Shown in pieces: positions 1 through 14,153 of a DNA stretch of 64,000 nucleotides. This DNA comes from Octopus sinensis. Lineage: Eukaryota. The DNA is taken from NCBI RefSeq assembly GCF_006345805.1, contig NC_043017.1, positions 372,001-436,000 of the forward strand, read 5' to 3'. How positions within the stretch are numbered: position 1 is the first letter of the stretch; each line of letters begins with the position of its first letter. The position numbers were made by a program, and so were the translations under genes. The notes under the pieces were generated by a model. It searched no databases. It was given only the letters and a program-made list of their open reading frames with translations, and was not told the origin of the DNA.

Positions 1-1980
1 GCAGACAAAGAAGCCTGGGCTATAGAAAACATAAAATCTAACCCCAGAGCTTTCTACAGGTATGCCAAAGAAACAGCTACAGTGCACTGTAGAATAGGGC
101 CACTCCTTGAAAAGGATGGCACACTTACAGGAAAACCAATGAGGGTAAGTGAAATACTGAATGAGCAATTCAAGAGTTTTCACTCCACCCCTTGGGCATC
201 TCCAAATCACCAATCCAACTGACTTTTTTACCACTGCAGATATAAAATCAGAGGCGGCGACGATAGATTACATCGATATAAGGAAGACGATGTAACCAGG
301 CTATAGATGAAATGAAAACAGACTCAGCTACTGGCCCCGATGGATTCCCGGCAATCCTCCTCTAAAAGCATGTAAGAGAGTCCTAGCAAGACCACTGCAG
401 TTCCTCTTTCAGAGCTTCCTTGCAGCTGGCAAACTTCCAGGAAAACTGAAGGAAGGTAAAATATGCCCCATTCATAAGGAGGTAGCAGAGCGGAAGCCAA
501 GAACTATAGACCTATCTCTCTGACCTCACACATCAGCAAGGTCATGGAACGAATAGTCAGAAGGAAGCTGATCACCTTCCTTGAAGAGAATGACTTGCTG
601 CCCGACACCCAACATGGTTTCCGACCAGGGAGAAGCTGTTTAACTCAGCTCCTACAACACTATGACTGGGTGCTGAAACGGCTGCTCAACCACTCAAATG
701 TGGAAGTGATATATCTCGACTTTGCAAAGGCCTTTGATAAAGTCGATCATGGAATGATATGTCACAAACTGCGTGATCTCAACATAGTTGGAAAACTGGG
801 AGAATGGCTTCATGACTTTCTGAAGGATAGAAGTCAGGTGGTAGTAGCCAATGGGGCCACCTCCATTAACACACAAATAGTGAGCGGTGTTCCGCAGGGC
901 ACTGTTCTGGGACCACTACTGTTCATAATGGCCCTCTCAGACATGCCCTTAGCCACGCAGAGAGCCACGATCACAAGTTATGCAGATGATACAAAAGTTT
1001 CACAGGCAATACAGAACCCTGAGGACACTAAACACCTGCAATGTGAGCTGGACGAAATATACAAGTGGGCTGAAAAGAATAGCATGCAGTTCAATGCTGG
1101 AAAGTTTCAAGCTTTATACTATCAGCATGCAAAACTGAATGCAATACCCAATGAATACACTGGACCGGAGGGATTGCAATCCCAGAGGCACAATCAGTGC
1201 GTGACCTGGGTATTCACATGAGTGATGACGCGACCTTTCATGTACATGTGCTAAACTGACAATGAAATGTAGACGGCTGGCTGGATGATTCTTAGAACCT
1301 TTAGAACAAGAGAACAAAAAACCATGATGGTCCTCTGGAAGACACTTGTCCTAAGCCACTTTGACTATTGCTCTCAGCTATGGTCACCATCCAGTGTCAA
1401 GTTGATCACAGAACTTGAGGCGATCCAACGAAGCTACACAAAGAAGATAGCCTCTATGCAGAATGTAAACTACTGGGAAAGACTCAAGAGATTAAAATTA
1501 TATTCTCTGGAGCGTAGGCGGGAAAGATATGCCATAATATACATCTGGAAGATCCTGGAGGGAAGTGTCCTGAACTTTGGCATCGAGAGTTACGCAAATG
1601 CCAGAACTGGGCGCCACTGCGTGGTGCCTAGGACACCAAACCTGCCATCAATATGTAGGACAAGATTCTGTGATAGCCTGGGCTTCCGAGGCCCACAGCT
1701 CTTCAATATCCTCCCGAAGAACCTGAGAGACCTGCATGGGGTGGATACAGATGTCTTTAAAATGAAGTTGGATCTCTTCCTGTCAGGTGTCCCAGATGAA
1801 CCAACTTCACGGCAGGAGGGGCAGATGAGGGCAGCTGCATCGAACTCTTTCATGCACCAAATAGCAGTTGCTAGAAAGCCTCCATGAAGTGAAACCAAGT
1901 AGCAACACCAAATGGCGGTGCCCCAGCATGGCCACAGCTCATAAGCTGAAACTAGAATCAATCAATCAATCAATCAATCA
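1..1980 (+). mobile_element. Non-LTR retrotransposon (CR1/L2/Jockey-superclade LINE), 3' part of ORF2, frameshifted, with 3' stem-loop and (ATCA)n tail
   Basis: RT motifs QHGFRPGRSC, YLDFAKAFDKVDH, GVPQGTVLGPLLF, YADDT in ORF 544-1221; C-terminal LKLYSLERRRERY in ORF 1285-1887; frameshifts; (atca)n at ~1957-1980. Confidence 0.93.
544..1887 (+). pseudogene. LINE reverse transcriptase, split over two frames
   Basis: ORFs 544-1221 and 1285-1887 are consecutive parts of one RT/C-terminal domain. Confidence 0.9.
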
Positions 1981-2352
1981 TATATAAAAAAGAATAGAGT
2001 TTTAGGTAAATAAGGAGATTCTCACTTATACCTATACACATATGTATACATATATACACACACATACATACATATATACATACACACATACATACACACA
2101 CACACACATATACATATATATACACATACACATACATATACATATCTACACATACACATATATATATATATACATACACTCACTCACATGCATACACGTA
2201 TACACACATGTATATATACATACACGACCACACATACATATACACACAGAAAAATATATATAGATACACACATACACACATGCACACACAGCACACTAGT
2301 CCCTATATACACATATATACACATACACACATATATACACATATACATACAC

Positions 2353-3395
<1,043 letters not shown>

Positions 3396-3572
3396 TCGGT
3401 ATATATACAACGACGTCTGTTCCCCCACAAAAATATTTTCTACCCTATATAACTTTCCAAGACATTTCAACGCTTCTACAGCAAACTTCGTTTGTTTGTT
3501 TACGTTCATCGTAATTAAATGCTTTAATATCTATACAGCCTTGGTTATTTATATTATTACGCAAAAATAGTT

Positions 3573-3626
<54 letters not shown>

Positions 3627-3714
3627 CACACACATACATATGGGAGTATGTATGTATGTGTGCGCGTTATATATACTTATATGTATGTATATATATTTGT
3701 ACACATGCGTGTAC

Positions 3715-3789
<75 letters not shown>

Positions 3790-3791
3790 TA

Positions 3792-3854
<63 letters not shown>

Positions 3855-3916
3855 TTATATATTATATAATATATACATACATATACACACACACACAATA
3901 TATATATTATATATAT

Positions 3917-4430
3917 ACTAGCAGTATCGCCCGGCGTTGCTCGGGTTTGTAAGGGAAATAACTATATAAGCTTTTTAGAGAGTTACTTCCCTTATAGATG
4001 CCAATTTGGGCTTTCTTAGCCATTTCTGTTTGGTGTCTTCAAGCCATGAAGTCGTTATTCTAAAAGAACGCTGGTCTCCTTGACAACGCATTACGACGTT
4101 GATTTCCTTAAACTCCCTTCCCCACAGCTTCACGAGGGAGGGAAGAAGGGGGAGAAGTAAACACAGTGCAGATGTTGAGCGTGGACGCCAACACCGCCGC
4201 CATCGACACACGAAAAATTATGCATTAAAATGGAATAAAAAATTATGTTAAATTATTTTTAAAATCGTAGATCATCGTAGACGCGCGCTAATAGCCAGAC
4301 GGGCTTGATATAATCACGACTATAAGATACCCGAATTTGGTTAAACTGCACCGCAAAATGTGGGAGGAGTTAGAAATCTAATCGTAGGAGACAGACACTC
4401 ACACAACTAGAGTTTTATATATATAGAGAT
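3917..4430 (+). mobile_element. Non-autonomous Helitron/Helentron-associated element (HINE/DINE-like)
   Basis: Starts actagcagtatcgcccggcgttgctcggg and ends acagacactc...ttttatatatatagagat, the typical terminal pattern of this class; lies in (TA)n. Confidence 0.6.
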
Positions 4431-4492
4431 ATATATATACATACATATATACACAACACACACCACATATATATATATATTATATAATATAT

Positions 4493-4524
<32 letters not shown>

Positions 4525-4548
4525 ACATATATATATACATACATATAG

Positions 4549-4607
<59 letters not shown>

Positions 4608-4976
4608 GCGGCGCCGACTCACACACACACACATACTCAAAGACGTTAGAAAGTGTAGCCACGTGTTAGTGAAAGACGTTTATTTCAACAAAGATCCATC
4701 GATTTTCCGTTTATGACTAAATCGATAATGTTGATAGCCACACCCTGACGTTTCTTTGTGTGTTAGGGGTATGTGTGGATGTGAATATAGGAAAAGGTTG
4801 AATGACGTTTGTGTGTGTATATATATATGAATGAAAGTGAGGAAGGGGTAACATACTAGATGTTTGCGTATGGTGAGGTGATGGGGGAATAGCTTTAAGC
4901 GGATAATTGAAGTTTTATATATTAGTGAAGGGAAGAAATGGAGCTGAACGAAGATTCTACAAAATTCCTTTTTATT

Positions 4977-5062
4977 ATTTTCTACACATGTTTCAAAGAC
5001 TGCAAATTCCCAAATTCGGATTGAATAAGGAGACCATTCTGCAGCTTTCGCTTCAGGAAAAT
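4977..5062 (-). ncRNA. Type I hammerhead ribozyme motif (A9->C variant)
   Basis: AUUUUC-CUGAAGC-stem II ~10 bp-GAAAC-AUGU-GUA-GAAAAU on the minus strand. Confidence 0.65.
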
Positions 5063-5184
5063 CCAGGAATTTAAACTGTCTCTCAACTGAGAGACAGTTT
5101 TGTGCCATTCTTACCATGGGCTCCTAGGGAGCGTTTTGTTCGAAAAGCTTGCTGAGCATTTGTTTGGAGATTTTAAATTCCTGG

Positions 5185-5256
5185 ATTTTCCTGAAGAGAA
5201 AGCTGCAGAATGGTCTCCTTATTCAATCCGAAGCCTTTGAAACATGTGTAGAAAAT
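5185..5256 (+). ncRNA. Type I hammerhead ribozyme motif (intact core)
   Basis: AUUUUC-CUGAAGA-stem II(GAAAGCU/AGCCUUU)-GAAAC-AUGU-GUA-GAAAAU; 6-bp stem I; predicted cut after 5250. Confidence 0.75.
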
Positions 5257-5311
5257 AATAAAAAGGAATTTTGTAGAATCTTCGTTCAGCTCCATTTCTT
5301 CCCTTCACTAT

Positions 5312-5386
<75 letters not shown>

Positions 5387-5397
5387 ATATATATGTA

Positions 5398-5725
5398 TAA
5401 AGTGACACTCAGTCGGTAACGACGATGTGGGTCCCAGCTGATACGATCAACGGAACAGCTTGCTCGTGAAATTAACGTGTAAGTGGCTGAGCACTCCACA
5501 GACACGTGTGCCCTTAACGTAGTTCTCAGGGAGATTCAGTGTGACACGGAATGTGACAAGGCTGGCCCTTTAAAATACAGGTACTACTCATTCTTGCTAG
5601 CTGAGTGGACTGGAGCAACGTGAAATAAAGTGTCTTGCTCAAGGAGACAACGCGTCGCCGGGAATCGAACTCGCAACCTTACGATCGTCAGCCGAATGCC
5701 CTAACCACTTAGCCACGCGCCTTCA
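5398..5725 (-). mobile_element. tRNA-derived SINE (family C, V-domain-like central region)
   Basis: A/B-box-like head at ~5660-5725; ccttgagcaagacactttatttcacgttgctccagtccactcagct core; other copies at 40677-40900, 43727-44065, 47981-48574, 50330-50628. Confidence 0.85.
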
Positions 5726-5847
5726 CACACACACACTCACACACATGCACACACACATGCGCACGCTCACACACACATACATACACATATATCTGTTCGA
5801 GTATATACAGAGGTATCTCTCTATCTATCTATCTATCTATCTATCTC

Positions 5848-5944
<97 letters not shown>

Positions 5945-5957
5945 ATATCTATCTATC

Positions 5958-6003
<46 letters not shown>

Positions 6004-6189
6004 TTATGTATGTATGTATGTAGCTGTGTGTCTGTTTGCGGGGTTGAGTCGAAATATTTTTCGGACTTTCAATGATGATTGTCGGCCACTTGTGTCTCGC
6101 ATGTTCCTTCACGTTTTATCATTGCTGAATTGTTTAATCTTTATTTGCATATGTTACATATAAACATTAATTGATTATTCTTTATTTTA

Positions 6190-6995
6190 CAGCTTTGGTA
6201 ATGAGTGGTGAAGAAAATTGCAATTCGAGCCATTTTATACTTCCTGTGGAAAAGGAGGATTGAATGCAAGGGCAAAAGAGATTAATGATGTAGAAGGCCC
6301 AGAAACTGTCAAGAAAGTGCGGCACAAAACTAGTTCAGACGATTCAAGGAAGGTGACACCAACCTCGAAGGCAAATCAAGGTCCGGGAGACATTCTTTTG
6401 TGGAAGATGAGGTCTTGCATGAAAGCGATGAACAATAGCCAAGCACAAGCACTCGTACATTGTCGGCAGAACCTGGCCCGAAACAAAGCATCATCAATCG
6501 AAATCTTGTGAACCAGTTCCTCGTGAATTGACCAATAATCATGCTCAACGACTTCTGAACATTTGCAAACAACTCCAGGAAAATCCTAGAAATTCGTAAA
6601 CTTAATATGAGAAACCAGTGGCTTCGTTTCGGCCGGACTTCAGAAATTGTTGTCAAACAAGGGCGCTTTGAACAGAAGGTTATATTGTGTGCTTTGTGGA
6701 ATTTCGAGACAGTGTTGCACTTTGAGCTTGTTCCAGATGGCCATACTGTGAACACTAACATTTATACTCAACAACTGCAGCAAGTATATGATGCTTTGAA
6801 AGTTAGCTACCCGGATTTGGATAATCGTAGATGCGCACTCATACAGCAAGGTAAGTCTCAGCGCACATTGCCAATGTGATCGAGCTCAAAATTAAGGAAT
6901 TTGAGAGGCTGGAAATGCTGCCTCAGACAGACCTTGCACTCTCAGATTATCACTTTTTCCGAAACAGGGTTCATTTCCTGCAAGAACGGAGGTTC
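6190..6995 (+). pseudogene. Degenerate mariner transposase remnant
   Basis: Fragments NDVEGPETV and KQGRFEQKVILCALWNFETVLHFELVPDGHTVNTNIYTQQL resemble a mariner catalytic domain; stops and frameshifts. Confidence 0.75.
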
Positions 6996-7098
6996 ATATA
7001 CATGTATGTATGTATGCATGTATAGATATAGATATGTGTATGTATGTATGTATATATACACACACACATACATACACATATCTATATCTATACATACA

Positions 7099-7139
<41 letters not shown>

Positions 7140-7479
7140 TTATTTATTTATTTATAAGTACATACATAAATACATATACATGCATACACACACAACACAC
7201 ACACACCACACACACACACTCGAATAATTTAATAACAAGGGAACAGGGATTCCATACAGGCTCCGATGGAGCTATAAGATTATGCACAAGCACTCAGCTG
7301 TGAATGCGTTGCTTTTTATAGCAGAAACAGCTGCAAGTCGATTACATAATTCCTCTTCCCTTGTCAATTGTTCCTTCATACGACACTTGTACTCGCCTAA
7401 CGCTTTGTTCTAATGCAGATGTATATTGAGTCCTAACATCAAATTTTTACAATCACTATGCCTACGCGAAATCATCAGA

Positions 7480-7546
<67 letters not shown>

Positions 7547-7926
7547 AAGAAGAGACATACAGAAGACACACACACACACACAATAACACATACATAAACA
7601 TACACACATATACAAGGTGTTCGGGTTAAATTTGACAGTTTGCATAAAAGGGACTTAAAAGTATTTTAAAAAATCAAAAAAATATCAACGAGATTGTGGC
7701 CAGAAGATAACAGTTTACTCAAAGTAGCTGCTCTCAGCTTCCATCACGACCCTCAAGATGGCCGTAGGCGTGGTTGTGTGACCAAGAACATTGCTTCCCA
7801 ACCATGTGGCCTCGAGATTTCAATCTCAGTGCGTGACACTAAGAGTGAGTGTCTTCTACTATCTCCCCCGGACGATTAAAGCCCCGTGACTGGATTTCGT
7901 AGATGAACACTGAAAGAGCCCTGTTG

Positions 7927-8003
<77 letters not shown>

Positions 8004-8004
8004 A

Positions 8005-8042
<38 letters not shown>

Positions 8043-8046
8043 CCTG

Positions 8047-8147
<101 letters not shown>

Positions 8148-8166
8148 AGTCCACTATTATTATTAA

Positions 8167-8385
8167 GGCGGTGAGCCGGCAGAATCGTAAGCACGCCAGT
8201 CAAAATGCTTAGCAACATTTCGTCCGTCTTTACGTTCTGAGCTCCAATTCCTATGAGGTCGATTTTGCCTTTCATCCTTTCGGGGTTGATAAAATAAGTA
8301 CCAGTTGAACAGTAGGGTCGGTGTAACCGACTTACCCACTTCCTCAAAATTACCGGGCTCGTCCCAAAAGGTGAAACCAATATTA
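8167..8385 (+). mobile_element. tRNA-derived SINE (family B)
   Basis: ggcggtgagc(t/c)ggcagaatcg head and gcctttcatcctttcggggt...aagtaccagt core; copies at 18408-18600, 39541-39715, 50715-50930(-), 58343-58580, 62215-62345(-). Confidence 0.85.
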
Positions 8386-8566
8386 TTTTCGTAAGTTTAA
8401 AGTGATTTCTTTTGTGTCGCAAACCATTTACCATTTTTCTGGTGCTCCCCACCTTCTCTTGATGCCCTAAGCAGGTGCTTATTTGCTTAATGGTTAATCC
8501 ATCTCTGACCACACGAATCAGTTTTTCATGCATAACATTTAAAACACTTTGATAATCAACATCTGC

Positions 8567-8848
8567 CTCACGTTTTTGCATGCCTCACTCAACCACGCTC
8601 ACGTTTTTGCATGCCTCACTCAACCACGCTCACGTTTTTGCATGCCTCACTCAACCACGCTCACGTTTTTGCATGCCTCACTCAACCACGCTCACGTTTT
8701 TGCATGCCTCACTCAACCACGCTCACGTTTTTGCATGCCTCACTCAACCACGCTCACGTTTTTGCATGCCTCACTCAACCACGCTCACGTTTTTGCATGC
8801 CTCACTCAACCACGCTCACGTTTTTGCATGCCTCACTCAACCACGCTC
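8567..8848. repeat. 31-bp minisatellite, 9 identical copies
   Basis: Unit ctcacgtttttgcatgcctcactcaaccacg starting at 8567, period 31. Confidence 0.97.
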
Positions 8849-9233
8849 CCTTAAGCGGACTTGATACCTCTTGTATTTCTTCATTTTCAGTTCCTTCATA
8901 TCTCACGACCTTCTTTATTCCTGCATGTTACCATTTTCCTACAATGCTTCGCTTCTCTGCGATCGTTGTGAGGGCTTCTCTGTATTTTACGAACTTAGTT
9001 TAATAAAATTTTTTGTGATTTTCATATTGTCACTTTCAGCCTTCTTTTACATTCCGAATCAGCAGCTCTTTGTGCATTTTTAACTCGGATATACTCCTCA
9101 GCAACCAAACTACATGCTAGAAATAACAACTACGCAATCCGGAATTCCACGCCTGTTGTTTCTGAAACATGATCGTTTCAAATCTTCTCGTCTACTTCGG
9201 TAAAAGATTTTTGTCTTTGATTCGTTTCGAAAA

Positions 9234-9633
9234 GGAGTGGCTGTGCGGTAAGTAGCTTGCTTACCAACCACATGGTTCCGGGTTCAGTCCCACTGCGTGG
9301 CACTTTGGGCAAGTGTCTTCTACTATAACCTCGGACCGACCAAAGCCTTGTGAGTGGATTTGGTAGACGGAAACTGAAAGAAGCCCGTCTTCTATAATAT
9401 ATATGTATATGTATGTATGTGTGTATAGGTTTGTGTGTCGGTGTTTGTCCCCCCAACATCGCTTGACAACCGATGCTGGTGTGTTTACGTCCCCGTAATT
9501 TAGCGGTTCGGCAAAAGAGACCGATAGAATAAGTACTGGGCTTACAAAGAATAAGTCCTTGTTCGATTTGCTCGACTAAAGGCGGTGCTCCAGCATGGCC
9601 ACAGTCAAATGACTGAAACAAGTAAAAGAGTAA
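9234..9633 (+). mobile_element. tRNA-derived SINE (family A), full length
   Basis: Head ggagtggctgtgcggtaagtagcttgcttacc, gggcaagtgtctt core, internal (TA/TG)n, tail ggcggtgctccagcatggccacagtcaaatgactgaaac; other copies at 20283-20910(-), 33700-33871(-), 36205-36630(-), 43360-43640, 45662-46465, 48766-49180, 53110-53460. Confidence 0.9.
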
Positions 9634-11710
9634 ATAAATAAATGAATAATGATGGAAATAAAATTGTTTTGTTAATAAATTGTTCTACAAAATAAATTTA
9701 TTGTTTCAAATATTATTTTCTTTCTCTCGTTATTATTAAAACATTAACTTGCTTGTTAATAAAACAGTTTCACTCACAATATCGGTTTTTTTGTTGTTAT
9801 TTCTACAAACTCCACTTCTTTGTCAATCTTTGTGGTCAGGTAACATCCATCGAGGGTTACAGATACGCACACAGACAGACATGCACAGGAAGGCCTCTCG
9901 TTATGGTCGGATCTCACTCTACGTAGATTACAAATTCACGCGCGCGCACACAAACACACCCACACATACACACACAAACACACACACACAAACACCCACA
10001 CACACGAAAATGATAATATTTAATTAAATTTCAATGCTTAAATCAAACGTATCCTAGTTATTAAACACACATAGCAAACATGACGGTGACATACATATTT
10101 TTTCGCTCTTTATTATGACATTAGCTTATTTGTGCGTATTTGTTATCCACGAACATTGTGACCTGACCATTAAGAGAGGCCTGTGTGTGTATGTGTGTAT
10201 ACGAGCGTGTGTGTATGTGTTTGTACGAGTGTGTGTGTGTATGTTTGTGCGTGTGTATATGTGAATGTGCGTGTATATCCCAGCAGGCTCGAAGTAAGTA
10301 TGCTAATTGTGTATTTTGTCACTGGAGAACAATTTCTTTCATAACGGTCGCTTCATTAGTGTAAGGCGACATTAGAACACCCGGTGTTTTGGCATCATTC
10401 TGTCATCTAGATCAAAGCTATCCTGCGTCATTGACTCTAGCCAGTATTTTGGGCTGAAGTTGATAAGATTCAACAAACAACTTATTTGATGATGCGTGCT
10501 GATGTTTGCCAACCGCTAATTAATTGTCCTGTACTCGGTAAACAGTGAGAATCTAAACCATGACAGACATATTCATTCTTAATATGCCTTGGTAAATTCA
10601 AACGTGGAGATGCTTCGCTGTTACATTACGTCAGTGGAGAATAACTTCTTTCAAAGGAATATGTGTTCATAACACACAAGGTTTATTAGCGAGTCGCTTG
10701 TGCTGTTGCTGTTGTGGCAGCTGGTTGAGTTGATGAATGAAAGTATGTTTCTTGGGTTGCGCGTTGAAGTAACTGAACAACAACCATTTCACAAGAAATA
10801 ATATTAATATTATCGCACATAAAGACAAGCTGCGTCGGCTTTTTGCAAATAACAAAAGCAATAATTACTTACCGAGAAAGCGGTATTGTTTGGAGTTTAC
10901 GGCAGACAATCGACACGGCAACATGCAAGTTGCTTAAAATTGGAAACAATTGTGATATATTCGTGATGATGGAGGTTCCATCTGTCTTGCCGCCTTCTTG
11001 GGTCGTCTTGCTGTAAAAATTCACGCCGCCTGGTGTGGCAAGAACGGAAGTGCATATCGCTTAGCTGCCTCGACATTCACCAATTAATTACCACCATAAA
11101 CGGCCTTTTACAGAGCACAAGAAGAAGATTCTACAAGATTGAACCATGCGGCGATGGTTTGACGTTGATTGGTTGTTTAATAGACCGATCACGTAAAACT
11201 GTTGTTGTTCAGCCATGATTTCTGACCGGTTGCTTAGCCGCTCGGTTTCCAATCTCCGTTACAAACTTAAGGAAATCTTTGGGATATTCAGTGTTTTGGG
11301 ATCATTGTGTCTCCTGAACTAAAGCTGCCCTCGAAATAATAAATCTAGCTAGTTTGACGTTCTTGTTTATAGCATTAGCAAACAAATTATCTGTTGATGC
11401 ATGTTGATATCTACCAATCATTAACCCGGGTTAGTTTTGGCTGCCTTTGTCAGCAGACTCTAAATTAAACAATTTAATTTACTTCAACAATTAAATGATA
11501 TACAGATAATGGACAATTAGTATAAATGATACAAGTTTATTAATAGTATTCTGTGCAAGTCTCTACTCTGTGCGAGGTATCAGAAAAGTAGTCTAGTAGC
11601 AGCAGGAATTTGAAGTTTCTGCTCGTAAATTAGTGCAGATTATAAGAGGTTCCACACTTTCAATGCCAAGAAAGTCTGCGTTGTACCTGAACACACACAC
11701 GCGCGCACAC

Positions 11711-11803
<93 letters not shown>

Positions 11804-11882
11804 TGTGTGTGTGTGTGTGTGTGTATATCAGTATATATATATATGCATATATATATAAATGCATTATATATATGTGTATATA

Positions 11883-11949
<67 letters not shown>

Positions 11950-12219
11950 GAATATATATATATGTATATACATGTACACACACACACACATATATACACA
12001 TTATATCTGTGTGTGTATGCGTGTGTGCATGTGTGTGTGAGAGAGAGCATGTCAGTTCAGATCGCTCTCGAATGTTACTCGGAACATATAACCCAGTGCA
12101 ACATGTCACATGGTCGGGTTGTCGGTAACTAAACCGGCATCCCCCCTCCCCAAGCTTGCTTGTAGAGGAGGGTGATTATTGAACATCCCTGCCATATGAA
12201 AAACAAAGCCTGCCAAAGA

Positions 12220-12540
12220 GCCTCTCTACAAAATTTCTTATGCGAATAAATTTTCGGTCACTTAAAGCTGAAAGAAAAGCTAGGTTGTGTCAGCTGAACG
12301 GCGTGCAGCTTGAATGAGCTGAAATTTTAAAAAGAATGGAAGCATTGTAGAAAAATCTTAAGGAAGCAGCATATTCTGCGTCACATGAAGATCTTGGTCT
12401 GTCAAAGTGTAAACATCAAGATAGGTTCGACGAAAACAATACAGAAGTACAGTCTCTAATTAAAAAGAAAAGCAATCTTATAAAATGAACTGCCAACTTA
12501 AAATCTTCTGGGAAAAAGAAATCTTATAATAATTCTGCAT
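12220..12540 (+). pseudogene. RTE-clade LINE ORF remnant
   Basis: Translates to ...LGLSKCKHQDRFDENNTEVQSLIKKK, matching the RTE HQDWFDEN linker motif. Confidence 0.65.
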
Positions 12541-12874
12541 GTCATTCCGTTACTTTGCCCTGCGGTAACGCTTTCACGTGATTAGAGAAGAAAAGGGAGA
12601 AAGAAAAAAGGGTGATAGAAAAAGACGGAGAGAGAGAGAGAGAGAGAGAGAAGAAGGAGAGAGCTAAAGAAGGAGAGAGAAACGTCCATGACGTGAGGCA
12701 GAGGGAACATAATTGTAATGCTTCCACGTGATTAGTTGAAGGGAAGAGAGAACAACAGGGAGAAAAGAAAACGGGGAGAGAAAAAGAGGATGAGGCGAAG
12801 AGTGAGACAGAAAGAGGGAGAGAGAGAGAGAGAAAAGACGGAGGGAGGAGAAGAAGGAGAGAGAAACGTCCATG

Positions 12875-13720
12875 CAAGGGCCCTATTAGGTATGTTACTG
12901 ATCAGATGATGAATATTCTCTTGAGGAATTTCTTGCCAAGTTTCATGCAGCAATCTCAAAAGATCTGGCTTTGAAGATGCTTTCTTGTTCTTTTTACGAA
13001 CTGCTCTGTCCATTATACCCCAGAGGTGTTCAATAGGGTTTATATCTGGTGACAGGCTTGGTCATGGAGGCTTTTTACTGTCACTCTCATCCAACAAAGC
13101 TTGGGTCATTTTAGCTGACAAAGCTAAATTTTAGCAAATTCTTGATCACAGAGTCTCCAGACCCACACATGACCACTGTCAAGAAATACAGCTAATCTGG
13201 ACTCATACATATGTATGTTTTAGTGCATATGCATGTGTGTGTGTATCTGTGAATAAGACACTGTTTCAAAATGCTAGTGGCCTCTCCACCATCTCACTGG
13301 CCTAATCTTTTCTCTGCATGATGTTGGCTGGCCAAAGAGGTGGCTTCCTTCTTGCTGCTCTGCCATAGTAACCAAGTTTGTGGTTACTTGTTCTGCTATG
13401 TCAGAGGAAATGCAACGAGCATTATCCTTCACACTTCTCTTAAGAAAGAGAAGGGTCCTGTCAGCGGGCCCTGGTTGACCTGGGCGAAGTGATATGGACT
13501 CCTTCCCCTCTCTGGTGAATTCTACAATCACTCTATTAATTGGAGAAAACGGGATTCCAAGGTTTTCTGCGATTTTACACCTTCAGAATGACCCACAATA
13601 CGGTCTCTTTGAAATTCAGACGGTTCCAGGGCTTCTTTTGGGAATGGCTTGATTAAAAAATCACATACAGAACCTGAAACATAAAAATGTCAAAAGAAAA
13701 TATAAATCTTAAAAGTTAGA
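12875..13720 (-). pseudogene. Tc1-like transposase remnant, internally deleted
   Basis: SPDINPIEHLWGIMDRAVRKK...LLHETWQEIP C-terminus; N-terminal [24 protein letters not shown]. Confidence 0.8.
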
Positions 13721-13764
13721 ATAAACATAAAACGATGGTTTGTGCGGCGTCTATTTACTTCTGT

Positions 13765-13812
<48 letters not shown>

Positions 13813-14107
13813 CAGGTTTTAATCAAGTGTACCTTCTGCCCCCTTCCCCAACCACACACCACTTCCAGATTTGTAGCCTTGTTCCAATCTTCTAATACAA
13901 TTCGTATGACAACGATGACGATCATGATGATGATAGTGGTGGTAGTAGTAGTGGTGGTGGTGGCGGTTGGTGTAATGATGAAGATGAAGATGATAGCAAT
14001 GGTAACAATGACGATAATGTGGTTGTTGATGAAGATGAAGAATATGTCGATATTCATGATGATGGTGATGATGATGGCGACCGTGGTGACGATAATGACG
14101 ATATTAA

Positions 14108-14153
<46 letters not shown>

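Larger units (their letters stand above)
4923..5310. repeat. Palindromic element: two inverted ~140-150-bp arms, each carrying a hammerhead motif
   Basis: 4923-5075 is the reverse complement of 5172-5310 (left arm has a ~14-nt extra segment); internal 13-bp hairpin at 5073-5100. Confidence 0.9.

Noticed and set aside
8567-8848. CRISPR-like array (31-bp repeats)
   Set aside because: No spacers, no cas genes, eukaryotic context; a plain tandem repeat
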